Positions 9,940 through 20,169 of a stretch of 64,000 bases of DNA are shown here, in pieces. Numbering within the stretch: the first letter of the stretch is position 1; each line of letters begins with the position of its first letter. The stretch comes from a bacterium (GTDB taxonomy: Bacteria; Hinthialibacterota; Hinthialibacteria; Hinthialibacterales; Hinthialibacteraceae). The notes under the pieces are model-generated. The model was not told the origin of the DNA, searched no databases, and was given only the letters and a program-made list of their open reading frames with translations. A program made the translations under genes and the position numbers. The stretch lies in the NCBI GenBank assembly GCA_963662285.2, contig CAXXMV010000002.1:1664001-1728000 (forward strand), in the 5' to 3' direction.

Positions 9940-12615
9940 ATGCAGCGATTGCCAATTACCTTTCGATTAACATGTTTCCGGGCGTTCATTATTCTGGCTT
10001 CAATTACACTTATAACTCTAACTTCAGTCAAATCATATTCACAAATCCTGCTGATCAACGAAATTCTGACATCTACGTCAGAAACTGATCAAAATGGGAC
10101 TCCATTGGAGTGGGTGGAAATTTTTAACGCTGGATCAGAAGCGGTCGATCTGGTGCAATATAGTCTGACCGATGATTTACAGAATCCCAGGAAATGGAAT
10201 TTCCCGCCAGTTACGCTTGAGCCGGGCGGCTACTTTCTGGCTATGGCCACCGCTTACGATTATTATAATCCAGGCGAATATCACACCAATTTCAGGCTTG
10301 ACGCTGATGGCGAATACCTGGCGATTTATCGAAATTCTGATTTACTGGTCATAGATTCCATAAATTATCCGGTTCAGCAGAAAAACGTATCCTATGGGCG
10401 TGATCCCAATACTCCCGAAAAGTGGGTCTTTCTAGATCCAACTCCGAAAAAAGTTAATCCAGCCGATGGATCGGTTGGCAGCGCTGAAGCTCCGGTTTTT
10501 TCGATCCCCGGCGGCGCCTTTGATGCGGCTGTTACAGTGGAACTATCGACTGACCAGGATGATGCTGATATCCGCTATACATTGGATGGTTCTCCACCAA
10601 GCCAAACCAGCCCGATATACACGAATCCTATTACTATAAATAAATCCACCCCGCTTCGCGCCAGCGTGTTCATGGAAGAGTATGCGCCTAGTGATATCAT
10701 TACCCATACTTATTTTATAAACGAAGATATGCCGTTGCCCATCATTTCTTTAGTTACTGATCCTCCTGGATTATGGGATAGATCAAAAGGCATCTACGCC
10801 AATGCGAGCCAGCATGGACCTAATTGGGAACGATCCGCTTCGATGGAATATATCAAGCTGGATGGCAGCCGGTGGTTTGGCGTTGACGCTGGAGTACGCA
10901 TTCACGGCGGGGCGTCGCGCGACCGTGCAGAGAAGAAATCATTCCGGGTCTATTTCCGGACGAACTATGGCCCGGGGCGTTTGAACATTCCTCTCATTCC
11001 ATCAACTCCACTGGACGACTTTGACAGTTTTATTTTACGCGCCGGGTATAACGACAGTTGGATTCATTGGGATGCCATAGAGCGTCAGGTAGCGGTCTAT
11101 ATCTCCGACCAGTTGGGACGCACTGTTCATGGCGACATGGGTTCAGTTTTTTGTCATGGCATTTACGCCGGGTTATATCTCAACGCAGATTATTGGGGAG
11201 TGTATAACCTATGCGAGCGGGTCGACAGCGATTTTCTTGATTCGTATTACGGCGATGAAGAATGGGACATTATTTCGGACGATGAGGTTAAAGAAGGCGA
11301 CAAGACTGAATGGAACCGCTTGATCACTTTCGCTGCGAGTAAAGACATGCGCAACGATGATAATTATGCTCAGTTGGTCGACATGATTGATCTGGAGCAG
11401 GTCACCTCTTATTACATTCTCAATATATGGGTTCAGAATCATGATTGGCCTCATCATAACTGGTTTACCGCCCGTGAACGAAGACCGGACGGCAAATGGA
11501 AATTCCTGGTCTGGGATATGGAAGACTCGTTCGGTTCAGGCGTATCACGCGGCAGTTATAACATGAATTCATTTACCAATGCTCAACAGGGTGGTTCTTT
11601 GGGCACTCTCTTCAAAGCATTATTGAATAATGACCAATATAAACAATATTTCATGGATCGGCTCTATTATTATCTGGATACTGTTTTGAATCCAGAACAT
11701 TTGCTGCCTATGTTGGATGATCAAGCCAACCAGATTCGCGTCGGCATCCCATCTGAAGCGGAGCGCTGGAACCAAAATATGAATATTGATGTCTGGGAAG
11801 AGGCTTTGAATACGGCTAGGACATTCATCAACAACCGCACGGAATTCGTATTGAATCACGTCACCCGTGCGATTAAACTGCCTACGCCGACTCCAACCCC
11901 GGCGCCAGTTAAACCTACTCCGACGCCGGGTGGACCGACGCCGACTCCTACCTCCACCCCGACCGTTACGCCGACTCCAGTGCAACCCATTCCCGGCGAG
12001 GAACTGGGCATCTTTGAAGCCAGCGTCGATATTGGCGATGCGCTGGCTGCTGAAGGAGAGGCTTTGTTTGATGCGTCAACCGGAGTCTATACAGTCACGG
12101 GAAGCGGGACTGATATTTGGGGAACCCAGGATGAATTTCATTTTCTCTATAAGCAAATCAGCGGAGATTTTTCTCTTGAAGCGGAAATGAGCGGAGAAAA
12201 CCTGGGTGGAAGCGATTGGGCCAAGATCACGCTTATGGCGCGTGATTCCCTCGATGCGGATGCCAGGCATTTCGCCCCACGCCTTCAGGAATCAACTTTA
12301 CAGGCCAGTTCTCAATGGCGCATGGAAACAGGCGGCTCTGCGGGAAGCTCCGCAAGTGGATCGCGCATCAACGCAAATCAACATGATGGGCGTTTCCGGC
12401 TGGTGCGTGATGGAGACGATTTCAACACATATTATTTTTCGGTTGACCTTAACGATTGGTCCTATCTGGATGGCCAAACTATCTTTATGGATGACCCCAT
12501 CTATATCGGTTTAGCTGTCACATCTCACGACAACGGCAATTACGCCAAAGGCTTTTACGAAAATGTTAAATTAACTCTACCCCATACCGTTATCTATGAT
12601 TGGATGATGCATTAG
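9940..12615 (+). CDS. Secreted CotH-kinase family protein with lamin-tail domain, FN3-associated domain, Pro/Thr linker and C-terminal beta-sandwich
   Basis: INEI...EWVEIFN (lamin tail), IRYTLDGSPP, RIHGGASR..KKSF, DWPHHN, WDMEDS; PTPT linker. Confidence 0.85.
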   Translation: MQRLPITFRLTCFRAFIILASITLITLTSVKSYSQILLINEILTSTSETDQNGTPLEWVEIFNAGSEAVDLVQYSLTDDLQNPRKWNFPPVTLEPGGYFLAMATAYDYYNPGEYHTNFRLDADGEYLAIYRNSDLLVIDSINYPVQQKNVSYGRDPNTPEKWVFLDPTPKKVNPADGSVGSAEAPVFSIPGGAFDAAVTVELSTDQDDADIRYTLDGSPPSQTSPIYTNPITINKSTPLRASVFMEEYAPSDIITHTYFINEDMPLPIISLVTDPPGLWDRSKGIYANASQHGPNWERSASMEYIKLDGSRWFGVDAGVRIHGGASRDRAEKKSFRVYFRTNYGPGRLNIPLIPSTPLDDFDSFILRAGYNDSWIHWDAIERQVAVYISDQLGRTVHGDMGSVFCHGIYAGLYLNADYWGVYNLCERVDSDFLDSYYGDEEWDIISDDEVKEGDKTEWNRLITFAASKDMRNDDNYAQLVDMIDLEQVTSYYILNIWVQNHDWPHHNWFTARERRPDGKWKFLVWDMEDSFGSGVSRGSYNMNSFTNAQQGGSLGTLFKALLNNDQYKQYFMDRLYYYLDTVLNPEHLLPMLDDQANQIRVGIPSEAERWNQNMNIDVWEEALNTARTFINNRTEFVLNHVTRAIKLPTPTPTPAPVKPTPTPGGPTPTPTSTPTVTPTPVQPIPGEELGIFEASVDIGDALAAEGEALFDASTGVYTVTGSGTDIWGTQDEFHFLYKQISGDFSLEAEMSGENLGGSDWAKITLMARDSLDADARHFAPRLQESTLQASSQWRMETGGSAGSSASGSRINANQHDGRFRLVRDGDDFNTYYFSVDLNDWSYLDGQTIFMDDPIYIGLAVTSHDNGNYAKGFYENVKLTLPHTVIYDWMMH

Positions 12616-12886
12616 GAATTATGTCTGGATCATAAGCCGTAGATATTAAAGGCGGAAGATTGTAATGCCGTTTTGTTTGAATTTACGTCGAGATTCTTGC
12701 GATTGTTTTTGTTTGATTACTGATTCGACTTAAACAATATGTGAATTATGTCATACAAATCGTTATTTTTCCGGCAAAAATGAGTAATCAGGCTTGCTTT
12801 TATAGAAATATGTTCAACAATTAGATGTAAGGAAAGTTTTTATTGTGAACTTGTGTGTCTAAAATAGACAAAGGAATTCATTAAAT

Positions 12887-13213
12887 ATGGAAAATAAGCG
12901 TTTTTTACGCGATGGCGTTATTGATTCAATGATTCAACACATATGTGATATATCTGGTAGTTATACTGAAGAAGGTTCAGTAGTGGTCTGTTCTCAATCT
13001 TTTGAGTCGATAACAGAATTGTACGAATCAAACAAAATTGCCTTGAAATATTTAGAAAGTCTTATCGAAGAGTCTCATGAAGAAATGGAAATTGATGATC
13101 TTATAGATCAGGTGGTTGAAGCGGCAACTCAAATTCAACAGGGCTGCCCGTCAACCTATAGTTCACTGCAAGGCTCTCTTAATAACTATATTAGAGTGAT
13201 CCGCAGTGATTAG
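12887..13213 (+). CDS. Hypothetical acidic helical protein
   Basis: Isolated ORF with AAAGGA SD, followed by a terminator. Confidence 0.55.
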   Translation: MENKRFLRDGVIDSMIQHICDISGSYTEEGSVVVCSQSFESITELYESNKIALKYLESLIEESHEEMEIDDLIDQVVEAATQIQQGCPSTYSSLQGSLNNYIRVIRSD

Positions 13214-13309
13214 AGTGGTAACTGAAAAAGTAGGCGGAAAATTTTCCCATCCACTCTGGATGCAAAGTAAACGGCCTATGCTCTAATTGAGTTTCAATGA
13301 TGCTAATGT

Positions 13310-13340
13310 AAAAGGGCGCGGAGAAATCCGCGCCCTTTTT
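13310..13340. terminator. Bidirectional intrinsic terminator
   Basis: AAAAGGGCGCGGA-GAAA-TCCGCGCCCTTTTT between convergent genes. Confidence 0.85.
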
Positions 13341-13399
13341 AGGCTCCCTTTATAAATCAACCCTGAACACTAAAACAATACAGTCTCGCCAGATATAAT

Positions 13400-14515
13400 T
13401 TATGCCATATAATTCAAGTACATTTCACCGATCAGGTTGCGGGAGCCATTATTTCGCTCAAACCATGTGCTGGCGGCCATACGGTTTCCCGCAATACGCC
13501 GATCTTCATCTTGGGCGTCAAGTGATATTCGCAATATTCCTTCATCATGCAATGAAACCAGTTCGTTAATCTGCGATGCTCCGTCTCCATTGCGGTCTAT
13601 GAACAGACGCAACTGCTCAAATACGGCGTCTTTTTCATCGATAAAGCCATCGCTGTTATCGTCGAATTTGCGCAATTCTTCTATGCCGTTCTTTGCGCCA
13701 TGTTGGTCTCCGAATAGTTCTTTACCGCTGTCTATGGTTCCATTGCCATTTCTGTCTAGTGCGAGGAAGGCGTCGTCGCCGGTGACGAATGCCGTCTGTT
13801 CGGTTCTTCCATCGCCAGTGATATCAAAGTTCACTCCATCCTCCGCAGTGGTCAATTCCAAACCGTCGCCATCCAAGTCGAATACTAAAGGCTCAGCTTC
13901 CATGACGCCTGATGCAGCCATTTCCGTCATTCTGGCGTTCTCACGCGAGCGAATTTCTTCTCCGTTTTGGATAAATGTCTGGCTTTGGAAATTAACCTCG
14001 TAGGATTGCTGGACGCTGCTTGAACTGAAGCCGAATTCTTTTCCGACTTGAGCCATGAATTCATCAAAAGATAATTCCTGGCCAGTTTCTCCATTGAGAT
14101 AAGACTCCATCCGGTTAAGAAATCTGTCAAATGATTCTTCGTCTTTGGATAATTGACGGATCATCTGCATATAAGTCTGCAATTCGGAGGACATGGAAAA
14201 CTGGAATCTTTTATTTGAAATAACCGGAGAATTGGAACTTTGTTGAGTGGAAACCGACGATAGTTGAAAACGTTCTTCTATGAGGTTAGCCTGTTCCATT
14301 ACTCTGTTTACAAAATCCAGAAGACCCATTGCAGTGCTTGATATTTCGACAAGAGCAATTTCTGCAATGTTAGTTGCATCCTGTTCGGTTGCCACTGGTT
14401 CTCCGCTGGTCGTAGACTCAGATGATGTGCGCTCTTGGCGTTGCTGGATAATTTGGGATGAACGAAAGGTTTTGTTTATAGACGCAAATGCGCCTACTTG
14501 ATAAATTGGATCCAC
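13400..14515 (-). CDS. Calcium-binding protein with RTX-associated PLVFDLDGDG / DxNGNG domain
   Basis: EPLVFDLDGDGLEL, FLALDRNGNGTIDSGKELFG, DDNSDGFIDEKD; no Sec signal. Confidence 0.75.
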   Translation of the reverse strand: MDPIYQVGAFASINKTFRSSQIIQQRQERTSSESTTSGEPVATEQDATNIAEIALVEISSTAMGLLDFVNRVMEQANLIEERFQLSSVSTQQSSNSPVISNKRFQFSMSSELQTYMQMIRQLSKDEESFDRFLNRMESYLNGETGQELSFDEFMAQVGKEFGFSSSSVQQSYEVNFQSQTFIQNGEEIRSRENARMTEMAASGVMEAEPLVFDLDGDGLELTTAEDGVNFDITGDGRTEQTAFVTGDDAFLALDRNGNGTIDSGKELFGDQHGAKNGIEELRKFDDNSDGFIDEKDAVFEQLRLFIDRNGDGASQINELVSLHDEGILRISLDAQDEDRRIAGNRMAASTWFERNNGSRNLIGEMYLNYMA

Positions 14516-14541
14516 GATACACCGCCCTAATCAAATAAAAA

Positions 14542-14578
14542 TTCCATCCCTGGAACAGAAGCGCAGCCTTCCTTGGCT
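14542..14578 (-). promoter_or_regulatory. Two CsrA/RsmA-type GGA hexaloop hairpins in the 5' leader
   Basis: AGCC-AAGGAA-GGCT (14565-14578) and TTCC-AGGGAT-GGAA (14542-14555) on the minus strand. Confidence 0.6.
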
Positions 14579-14588
14579 ATCGTTTTCA

Positions 14589-14616
14589 ATATCGGCGGAG
14601 TTTCCATATACCTTGA
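14589..14616 (-). promoter_or_regulatory. Sigma28 (FliA/SigD)-like promoter
   Basis: TCAA-N16-GCCGATAT versus consensus TAAA-N15/16-GCCGATAW. Confidence 0.6.
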
Positions 14617-14824
14617 GGGAACTAAATAAGAAAAATGAAAATCAGGAATTCCCCTACATTTCGCCCTGACAAATCAGAATTCGCATTATCCCCTACGCAA
14701 TCAACACTTAGAGCAGTTCTTTCCTGGCTCTTGTTTTTTATACGTTGTATTTTTTTGAGAATCAACCTAAAGTTTGGGAAGTTATAGCGATTATTAATCC
14801 AAAGGTATATTAACGAATAACATA

Positions 14825-15952
14825 ATGATAAAAAAAATCCTGGTAGTTTTTGGAACCCGTCCCGAAGCGATTAAAATGGCCCCGGTTGTGAAAGCGCTGC
14901 AACTGCGTCCTGAGCATTTCAATACCCAAGTGTGCGTAACTGCTCAGCATAGGGGTATGCTTGATCAGGTGCTGGATATCTTTGGGATCAAACCGGATTT
15001 CGATCTCGACTTAATGCAAGACGGCCAAGACCTGGAAGATATTACTACTCGCGTCATGCAGGGAATGAAAATAATCCTACGTCGCGAGAAACCCGACTTG
15101 GTTCTGGTGCATGGCGACACCACAACTTCATTTACCACCAGTCTGACCTGCTTTTATGAAAAAATTCCGGTTGGACATGTCGAAGCCGGATTGCGCACGG
15201 GAACGCTTGACGCTCCCTGGCCGGAAGAGATGAACCGGCGGGTGACGGGCATCCTGGCCGCTTTGCATTTCGCGCCCACGGAGGAGGCTCGCGATAACCT
15301 GCTGCGTGATGGAGTTAATCCCCAAAACGTTTTTGTTACAGGCAATACCGTAATCGATGCTCTGATGGAAACGGTTGACGCAATTAAATCAAATGCTCAA
15401 TTAGAGAAATCCCTGCATGATCGTTTTCCTTTTCTGTACGCCGATCGTAAAATGATTTTGATTACTGCGCATAGGCGTGAAAGTTTCGGACAGAAATTTG
15501 AACAGATATGTTTAGCCTTGAAAGAAATTGCGCAGCGGGATGATGTGGACTTGGTTTATCCGGTGCATCTTAATCCCAATGTGCAGGAACCAGTACGCCG
15601 CATATTAGGTGAAGTCCCTAATGTATACCTTATGGAGCCGGTAGATTATCTGGGATTCATTTATCTGCTCGACAAGTCATATCTGGTTATTACCGATTCC
15701 GGCGGCATCCAGGAAGAAGCGCCGTCGCTGGGTAAACCGGTGCTGGTTCTGCGTGACGCAACCGAGCGTCCTGAAGCATTGGAAGCGGGAACAGTTAAAC
15801 TGGTTGGCGCCGATCAGCAATTGATTGTGACTGAGGCGAATCATCTACTCGATTCTAAAGAGTCCTATGAAAGAATGGCGCAGGCTAGTAATCCCTATGG
15901 AGATGGAAGCGCTTCAGAACGAATTGTGCAAGAGTTGATAATCGCAAAATAG
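14825..15952 (+). CDS. wecB: UDP-N-acetylglucosamine 2-epimerase (non-hydrolysing)
   Basis: [42 protein letters not shown]. Confidence 0.95.
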   Translation: MIKKILVVFGTRPEAIKMAPVVKALQLRPEHFNTQVCVTAQHRGMLDQVLDIFGIKPDFDLDLMQDGQDLEDITTRVMQGMKIILRREKPDLVLVHGDTTTSFTTSLTCFYEKIPVGHVEAGLRTGTLDAPWPEEMNRRVTGILAALHFAPTEEARDNLLRDGVNPQNVFVTGNTVIDALMETVDAIKSNAQLEKSLHDRFPFLYADRKMILITAHRRESFGQKFEQICLALKEIAQRDDVDLVYPVHLNPNVQEPVRRILGEVPNVYLMEPVDYLGFIYLLDKSYLVITDSGGIQEEAPSLGKPVLVLRDATERPEALEAGTVKLVGADQQLIVTEANHLLDSKESYERMAQASNPYGDGSASERIVQELIIAK

Positions 15953-16075
15953 TCTGAACCTCTGATGTGAATAATTTTGTCTTTGCTAACTTCTTATGGC
16001 AACGTATCATTTCCAAAAAAAATAACCTATCATACCCGAATTGACGTAATGTAATATATTGTGCGGAGGATGAAA

Positions 16076-18382
16076 ATGTCTGGCCGAAAAATCATTATTA
16101 TTTCTTCTGTAATCTTAGCGTATGCCTACTTATTAACTGGCGCGGATACGATTCCTTTTGAATATTCAGTAATAGATAAACAATTTGTTGGACATAGAGA
16201 AATCTGTGATATCAGCCGTAATGGAATGTGCGATATCGTCGCGGTCAATGACGAAGATGGACAAACCCGAATCGTCTGGTATGAATACCCCGATTGGACC
16301 AAAAGCGTTGTCTGCAATATATATGCCTTTGCTGATTATAAATCATATCAATCAGGCGATCTCGAGACCGGTGATATTGACGGTGATGGAGACTTGGATG
16401 TTATCGGACGCATAGGTAATGCAAATGATGATATAAAAGGAATAAACTGTTGGTTCGAGAATCCACTGCCCGATGGAGACCCGGCAGTGCAATTGTGGAA
16501 ACGGCATAACATCGGGATTAGTAAATATGTGAAGGATATTGAGACGGCTGATTTTAACAATGATGGCCGGTTGGATGTCGTTACCCGTACGAGTAATGAA
16601 CTGCAATATTGGCTTCAACAAAAAAAGAGTGATTCATGGATTAAAGTCACTGTCTTGGCGCCTCCAATGGAAGGCATGGAAATAGGTGATATCGACCGTG
16701 ATGGCGACCAGGATGTAGTATTGGGCGGATGCTGGATTGAAACGCCGGTTGATCTCAGGAAAGCGGATTGGAAGCGACATACTATCGATCAAAAATGGTT
16801 TAATCAGGATGCCGATAATGGCCGGGGCAACAGCTGCAAAATCGCTGTGGCGGATATGAACAATGATGGATGTCTGGATGTACTTTTTTCTCAATCAGAA
16901 CAGCCGGGATATCCCGTTTCCTGGTATCAGGCGCCTCCCGATCCTTTGAAGGGTAAGTGGATCGAGCATCAAATCGGCAAGGTGGATTATTGCCATAACC
17001 TGAAAACCGCTGATTTCGATCTTGATGGAGACTTGGATGTGTTAGCGGGAGAACAGCCGGGTAATCAAACTCCAAATCCACTTATGATTTTTGTTAATCA
17101 AGGCAATGCCCGGCAATGGACGACTCAAATCCTGTCGGAGACTGGCAATTATTGCGCTATGGTTGGCGACATCGGCAATGATGGCGATATTGATATAGTC
17201 GGATTGAAGAACTCCGGTCAGAATCTGATTGAAATGTGGGAGAATAAATCCAGCGATCAAAAACTTACATTGGATAAATGGACTTACATTCAGGTTGATG
17301 ATAGTCGCGGTAAGTGGGGCGACTATCATCAACCTGATTGGCTTAGATACTTTGGCGTTGCCATGAGTGATATGACTGGAGATGGTTTTAAGGATATCGT
17401 TTCGGGGCGTTATTTTTACCGCAACCCCGGTGGACAAATGACAGCTCCCTGGCAGCGGGTGGACTTTGGTTTGAATGTGGATGCCATTCTGACCATAGAT
17501 GTTGATGGAGACCAGTATGGCGATGTTATTGCTCAGGCTCTACCAGATATTTATTGGTTAGAAGCGCGGGATAATCAGGGCGAATTATGGAATGCGACTA
17601 AGATCGGAAAGGTTGAGGCTACCGATCATGTTAATAGTCAGGGATTCATCACAGCGCAAATTATCCCCGGAGGAAAAGAAGAATTTTTATTAGCGGCGGC
17701 TGATGGTATATATTGTTTTGAGATTCCAACAGACCTGGGAAAAAACTCATGGCGCAAGACGCGCATCACCACTCATACATGCAGCGAAGGGATTGGCGTT
17801 GGCGATGTGGATGGTGATGGCAATATTGATATCATCGCCGCTTCAGAAAAACATGATTACTTCGCCTGGTGGAAGAATCCCGGCAATGGCGCCGCTGATT
17901 GGACATTCTATAAAATCGGCAAGACGCCGCATGATGGCGACCGTTTCGTAATTACTGATATCAATGGCGACGCCAAACCGGATGTGGTTATTTCTGAAGA
18001 ACGCTATCCCGGCCCTGATCCGGATGCAAACCTATTATGGTATGAGCAGCCCGATGACCCCACCAAAGCGTGGTACAAGCATGTGATAGTAACCGAATAT
18101 TCTCTCAATAACCTTGGCGTAGCCGATATGGACCGCGATGGAGATATGGATATCGTCACCTGTGAACATAAAGGCCCGAAAGGTAAGTTTAAGTTGCAAA
18201 TCTGGAATAATGATGCACTGGGAAATTTCACCGAGCATTTAATCGATACGGGTAAAGAAAGCCATCTTGGAACCCAACTGACCGACCTGGATGGCGATGG
18301 GGATTTAGACATCGTCAGTATTGCCTGGGATAATTACAAATACCTGCATGTCTGGAGAAACGACGCTATCCAAATGCGATAA
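16076..18382 (+). CDS. Secreted FG-GAP/VCBS repeat protein (two tandem beta-propellers)
   Basis: Many D-x-D-G-D-G-D-L-D-V repeats; signal peptide; start set 6 nt after GGAGG. Confidence 0.85.
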   Translation: MSGRKIIIISSVILAYAYLLTGADTIPFEYSVIDKQFVGHREICDISRNGMCDIVAVNDEDGQTRIVWYEYPDWTKSVVCNIYAFADYKSYQSGDLETGDIDGDGDLDVIGRIGNANDDIKGINCWFENPLPDGDPAVQLWKRHNIGISKYVKDIETADFNNDGRLDVVTRTSNELQYWLQQKKSDSWIKVTVLAPPMEGMEIGDIDRDGDQDVVLGGCWIETPVDLRKADWKRHTIDQKWFNQDADNGRGNSCKIAVADMNNDGCLDVLFSQSEQPGYPVSWYQAPPDPLKGKWIEHQIGKVDYCHNLKTADFDLDGDLDVLAGEQPGNQTPNPLMIFVNQGNARQWTTQILSETGNYCAMVGDIGNDGDIDIVGLKNSGQNLIEMWENKSSDQKLTLDKWTYIQVDDSRGKWGDYHQPDWLRYFGVAMSDMTGDGFKDIVSGRYFYRNPGGQMTAPWQRVDFGLNVDAILTIDVDGDQYGDVIAQALPDIYWLEARDNQGELWNATKIGKVEATDHVNSQGFITAQIIPGGKEEFLLAAADGIYCFEIPTDLGKNSWRKTRITTHTCSEGIGVGDVDGDGNIDIIAASEKHDYFAWWKNPGNGAADWTFYKIGKTPHDGDRFVITDINGDAKPDVVISEERYPGPDPDANLLWYEQPDDPTKAWYKHVIVTEYSLNNLGVADMDRDGDMDIVTCEHKGPKGKFKLQIWNNDALGNFTEHLIDTGKESHLGTQLTDLDGDGDLDIVSIAWDNYKYLHVWRNDAIQMR

Positions 18383-18445
18383 TGTCAACTATAGTTTTGA
18401 AAACATTGTTTGAAAATTGTAAATACCAATCATAAAGGTGATGCA

Positions 18446-19492
18446 ATGAACCATTCATGTCACCCCTCGAAATTACTAACCTTTCTATTTTCAGGAATTC
18501 TTCTATTCGCCGCATTATGGTGCGCTTCGGCGCAGCCGCCCTATCCGAAAAGTCCGGTTATCGTCGATGTGAAGTGGGCGCCCGTTTCGCAGATTATTCG
18601 TATGGCCAAGGGCAGCGATAACTGGCCTATGACCTGGGCGGATGATGGAAACCTTTATACAGCCTATGGAGATGGCAATGGTTTTAAGCCATTTACCGAA
18701 GAAAAACTTAGCCTGGGTTTGGCCTGCGTTTTTGGATTCCCGCCCGATATCCGAGCCGAAAACATCCGCTCAAAATCCGGCGAAACAATTGGTGATGGAA
18801 AAAAAGGCGGCAAAGCCAGCGGGCTGTTAATGGTTGATGGCCTGCTCTATATGTGGATTCGCAACGCCAACAATTCTCAACTCAGTTGGTCGCAGGATCA
18901 TGGGAGAACATGGGAGAAGTGCGATTGGAAATTTACTGAAAGTTTCGGCTGCCCGACCTTCTTGAATTTTGGCAGGGATTATCAAGGCGCCAGGGATGAT
19001 TATGTATATATCTACTCGCAGGATTCCGGCAGCGCTTATGATGCAGCGGATGGCATGGTTATGGCTCGGGTTCCCAAAGACCAATTAACCAGGCGGGATT
19101 CGTATGAGTTCTTTGAAAAACTTTCTCCACAAAATGCACCCCGATGGACTAAAAACATAGATCAACGGGGCGCTGTTTTCGAGTTTAAGAATAACTGTTA
19201 TCGATCTGGTATAAGTTATAATCCAGGATTAAAACGTTATCTATGGCGTCAAACTCTTCCGGGAGACGCTCCCAGGTTCAAAGGCGGTTTTGCTATATAC
19301 GACGCTCCCGAACCGTGGGGACCGTGGACTACTGCTTATTTTGTGGATCAATGGGACGTCGGTCCCGGTGAAACAGGCGTCTTTCCGGTCAAGTGGATCA
19401 GCGATGATGGACGATTCGCCTACCTTGTTTTTTCGGGCGACGATTATTTTTCCGTACGGAAAGCTGAATTTATTTTGTCTTCTGATAACTAG
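18446..19492 (+). CDS. Secreted DUF4185-like beta-propeller protein, putative glycoside hydrolase
   Basis: GSDNWPMTWADDG, SQDHGRTW (Asp-box), APEPWGPW. Confidence 0.65.
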   Translation: MNHSCHPSKLLTFLFSGILLFAALWCASAQPPYPKSPVIVDVKWAPVSQIIRMAKGSDNWPMTWADDGNLYTAYGDGNGFKPFTEEKLSLGLACVFGFPPDIRAENIRSKSGETIGDGKKGGKASGLLMVDGLLYMWIRNANNSQLSWSQDHGRTWEKCDWKFTESFGCPTFLNFGRDYQGARDDYVYIYSQDSGSAYDAADGMVMARVPKDQLTRRDSYEFFEKLSPQNAPRWTKNIDQRGAVFEFKNNCYRSGISYNPGLKRYLWRQTLPGDAPRFKGGFAIYDAPEPWGPWTTAYFVDQWDVGPGETGVFPVKWISDDGRFAYLVFSGDDYFSVRKAEFILSSDN

Positions 19493-19657
19493 CGTGACTA
19501 TCTGAAATATGTTGGTTTATCTCTTTGTCTGTTCTTTTTCGGTTTCTCCATTTCCTGCGTTTATTTTTAATCATCATAAATTATGAAGATATAGACAGGT
19601 CAAGGGCGTTATAAACAAGTATCAGTATTTCTTCCGGGGATAACCAGAAAACAATAA

Positions 19658-19711
19658 ATATCTACAAAAGTCGATTTTTTACTTGACAATATCGACTTTT
19701 GTAGATATTGT
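19658..19711 (+). promoter_or_regulatory. Sigma70 promoter overlapped by an 18-bp inverted-repeat operator (BlaI-type)
   Basis: ATATCTACAAAAGTCGAT (19658-19675) and its exact inverse (19691-19708) flank TTGACA (19683-19688); TATTGT lies 17 nt after the -35. Confidence 0.8.
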
Positions 19712-19755
19712 CTTTTTAAAAAGACGTTGAGCGTTATAGAAAAGGAAAGAAAATC

Positions 19756-20169
19756 ATGACTGCTGCTGAAATCAGGCTGCCGGAATCGGAGCTCCAGGCC
19801 ATGGAGGCCTTGTGGGAAAAAGGGCCATGCACTGTGAGGGATATCCGCGAGGCGATTGAAGAAAAACGAGGTGAGGCTTTGGCTCACTCGACGGTGGTTA
19901 CCATGCTCCAGCGCTTGGAAAAGAAGGGGCTTATCCAAAAAACTGGTGAGCAAGTGGGTAAAGCGTTCATCTTTAAAGCGGTGCTGAAACCTGACCGCGC
20001 CCAGCAGCATTTTTTGAAAAAATACCTGACCCGTTTTCTGGGCAACGATCCGATCCCGGTTTTTTCGTGGCTGATTGAAAGCGGCGACCTGAATATGGAT
20101 GAAATCGCCCAGGTGCGTAAGATGCTGGAGGCGCAGGAACGTAAGCAAAAGGGAGACGCCGATGATTAG
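19756..20169 (+). CDS. BlaI/MecI/CopY family transcriptional repressor
   Basis: LPESELQAMEALW..GPCTVRDI..LAHSTVVTMLQRLEKKG winged helix. Confidence 0.92.
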   Translation: MTAAEIRLPESELQAMEALWEKGPCTVRDIREAIEEKRGEALAHSTVVTMLQRLEKKGLIQKTGEQVGKAFIFKAVLKPDRAQQHFLKKYLTRFLGNDPIPVFSWLIESGDLNMDEIAQVRKMLEAQERKQKGDADD

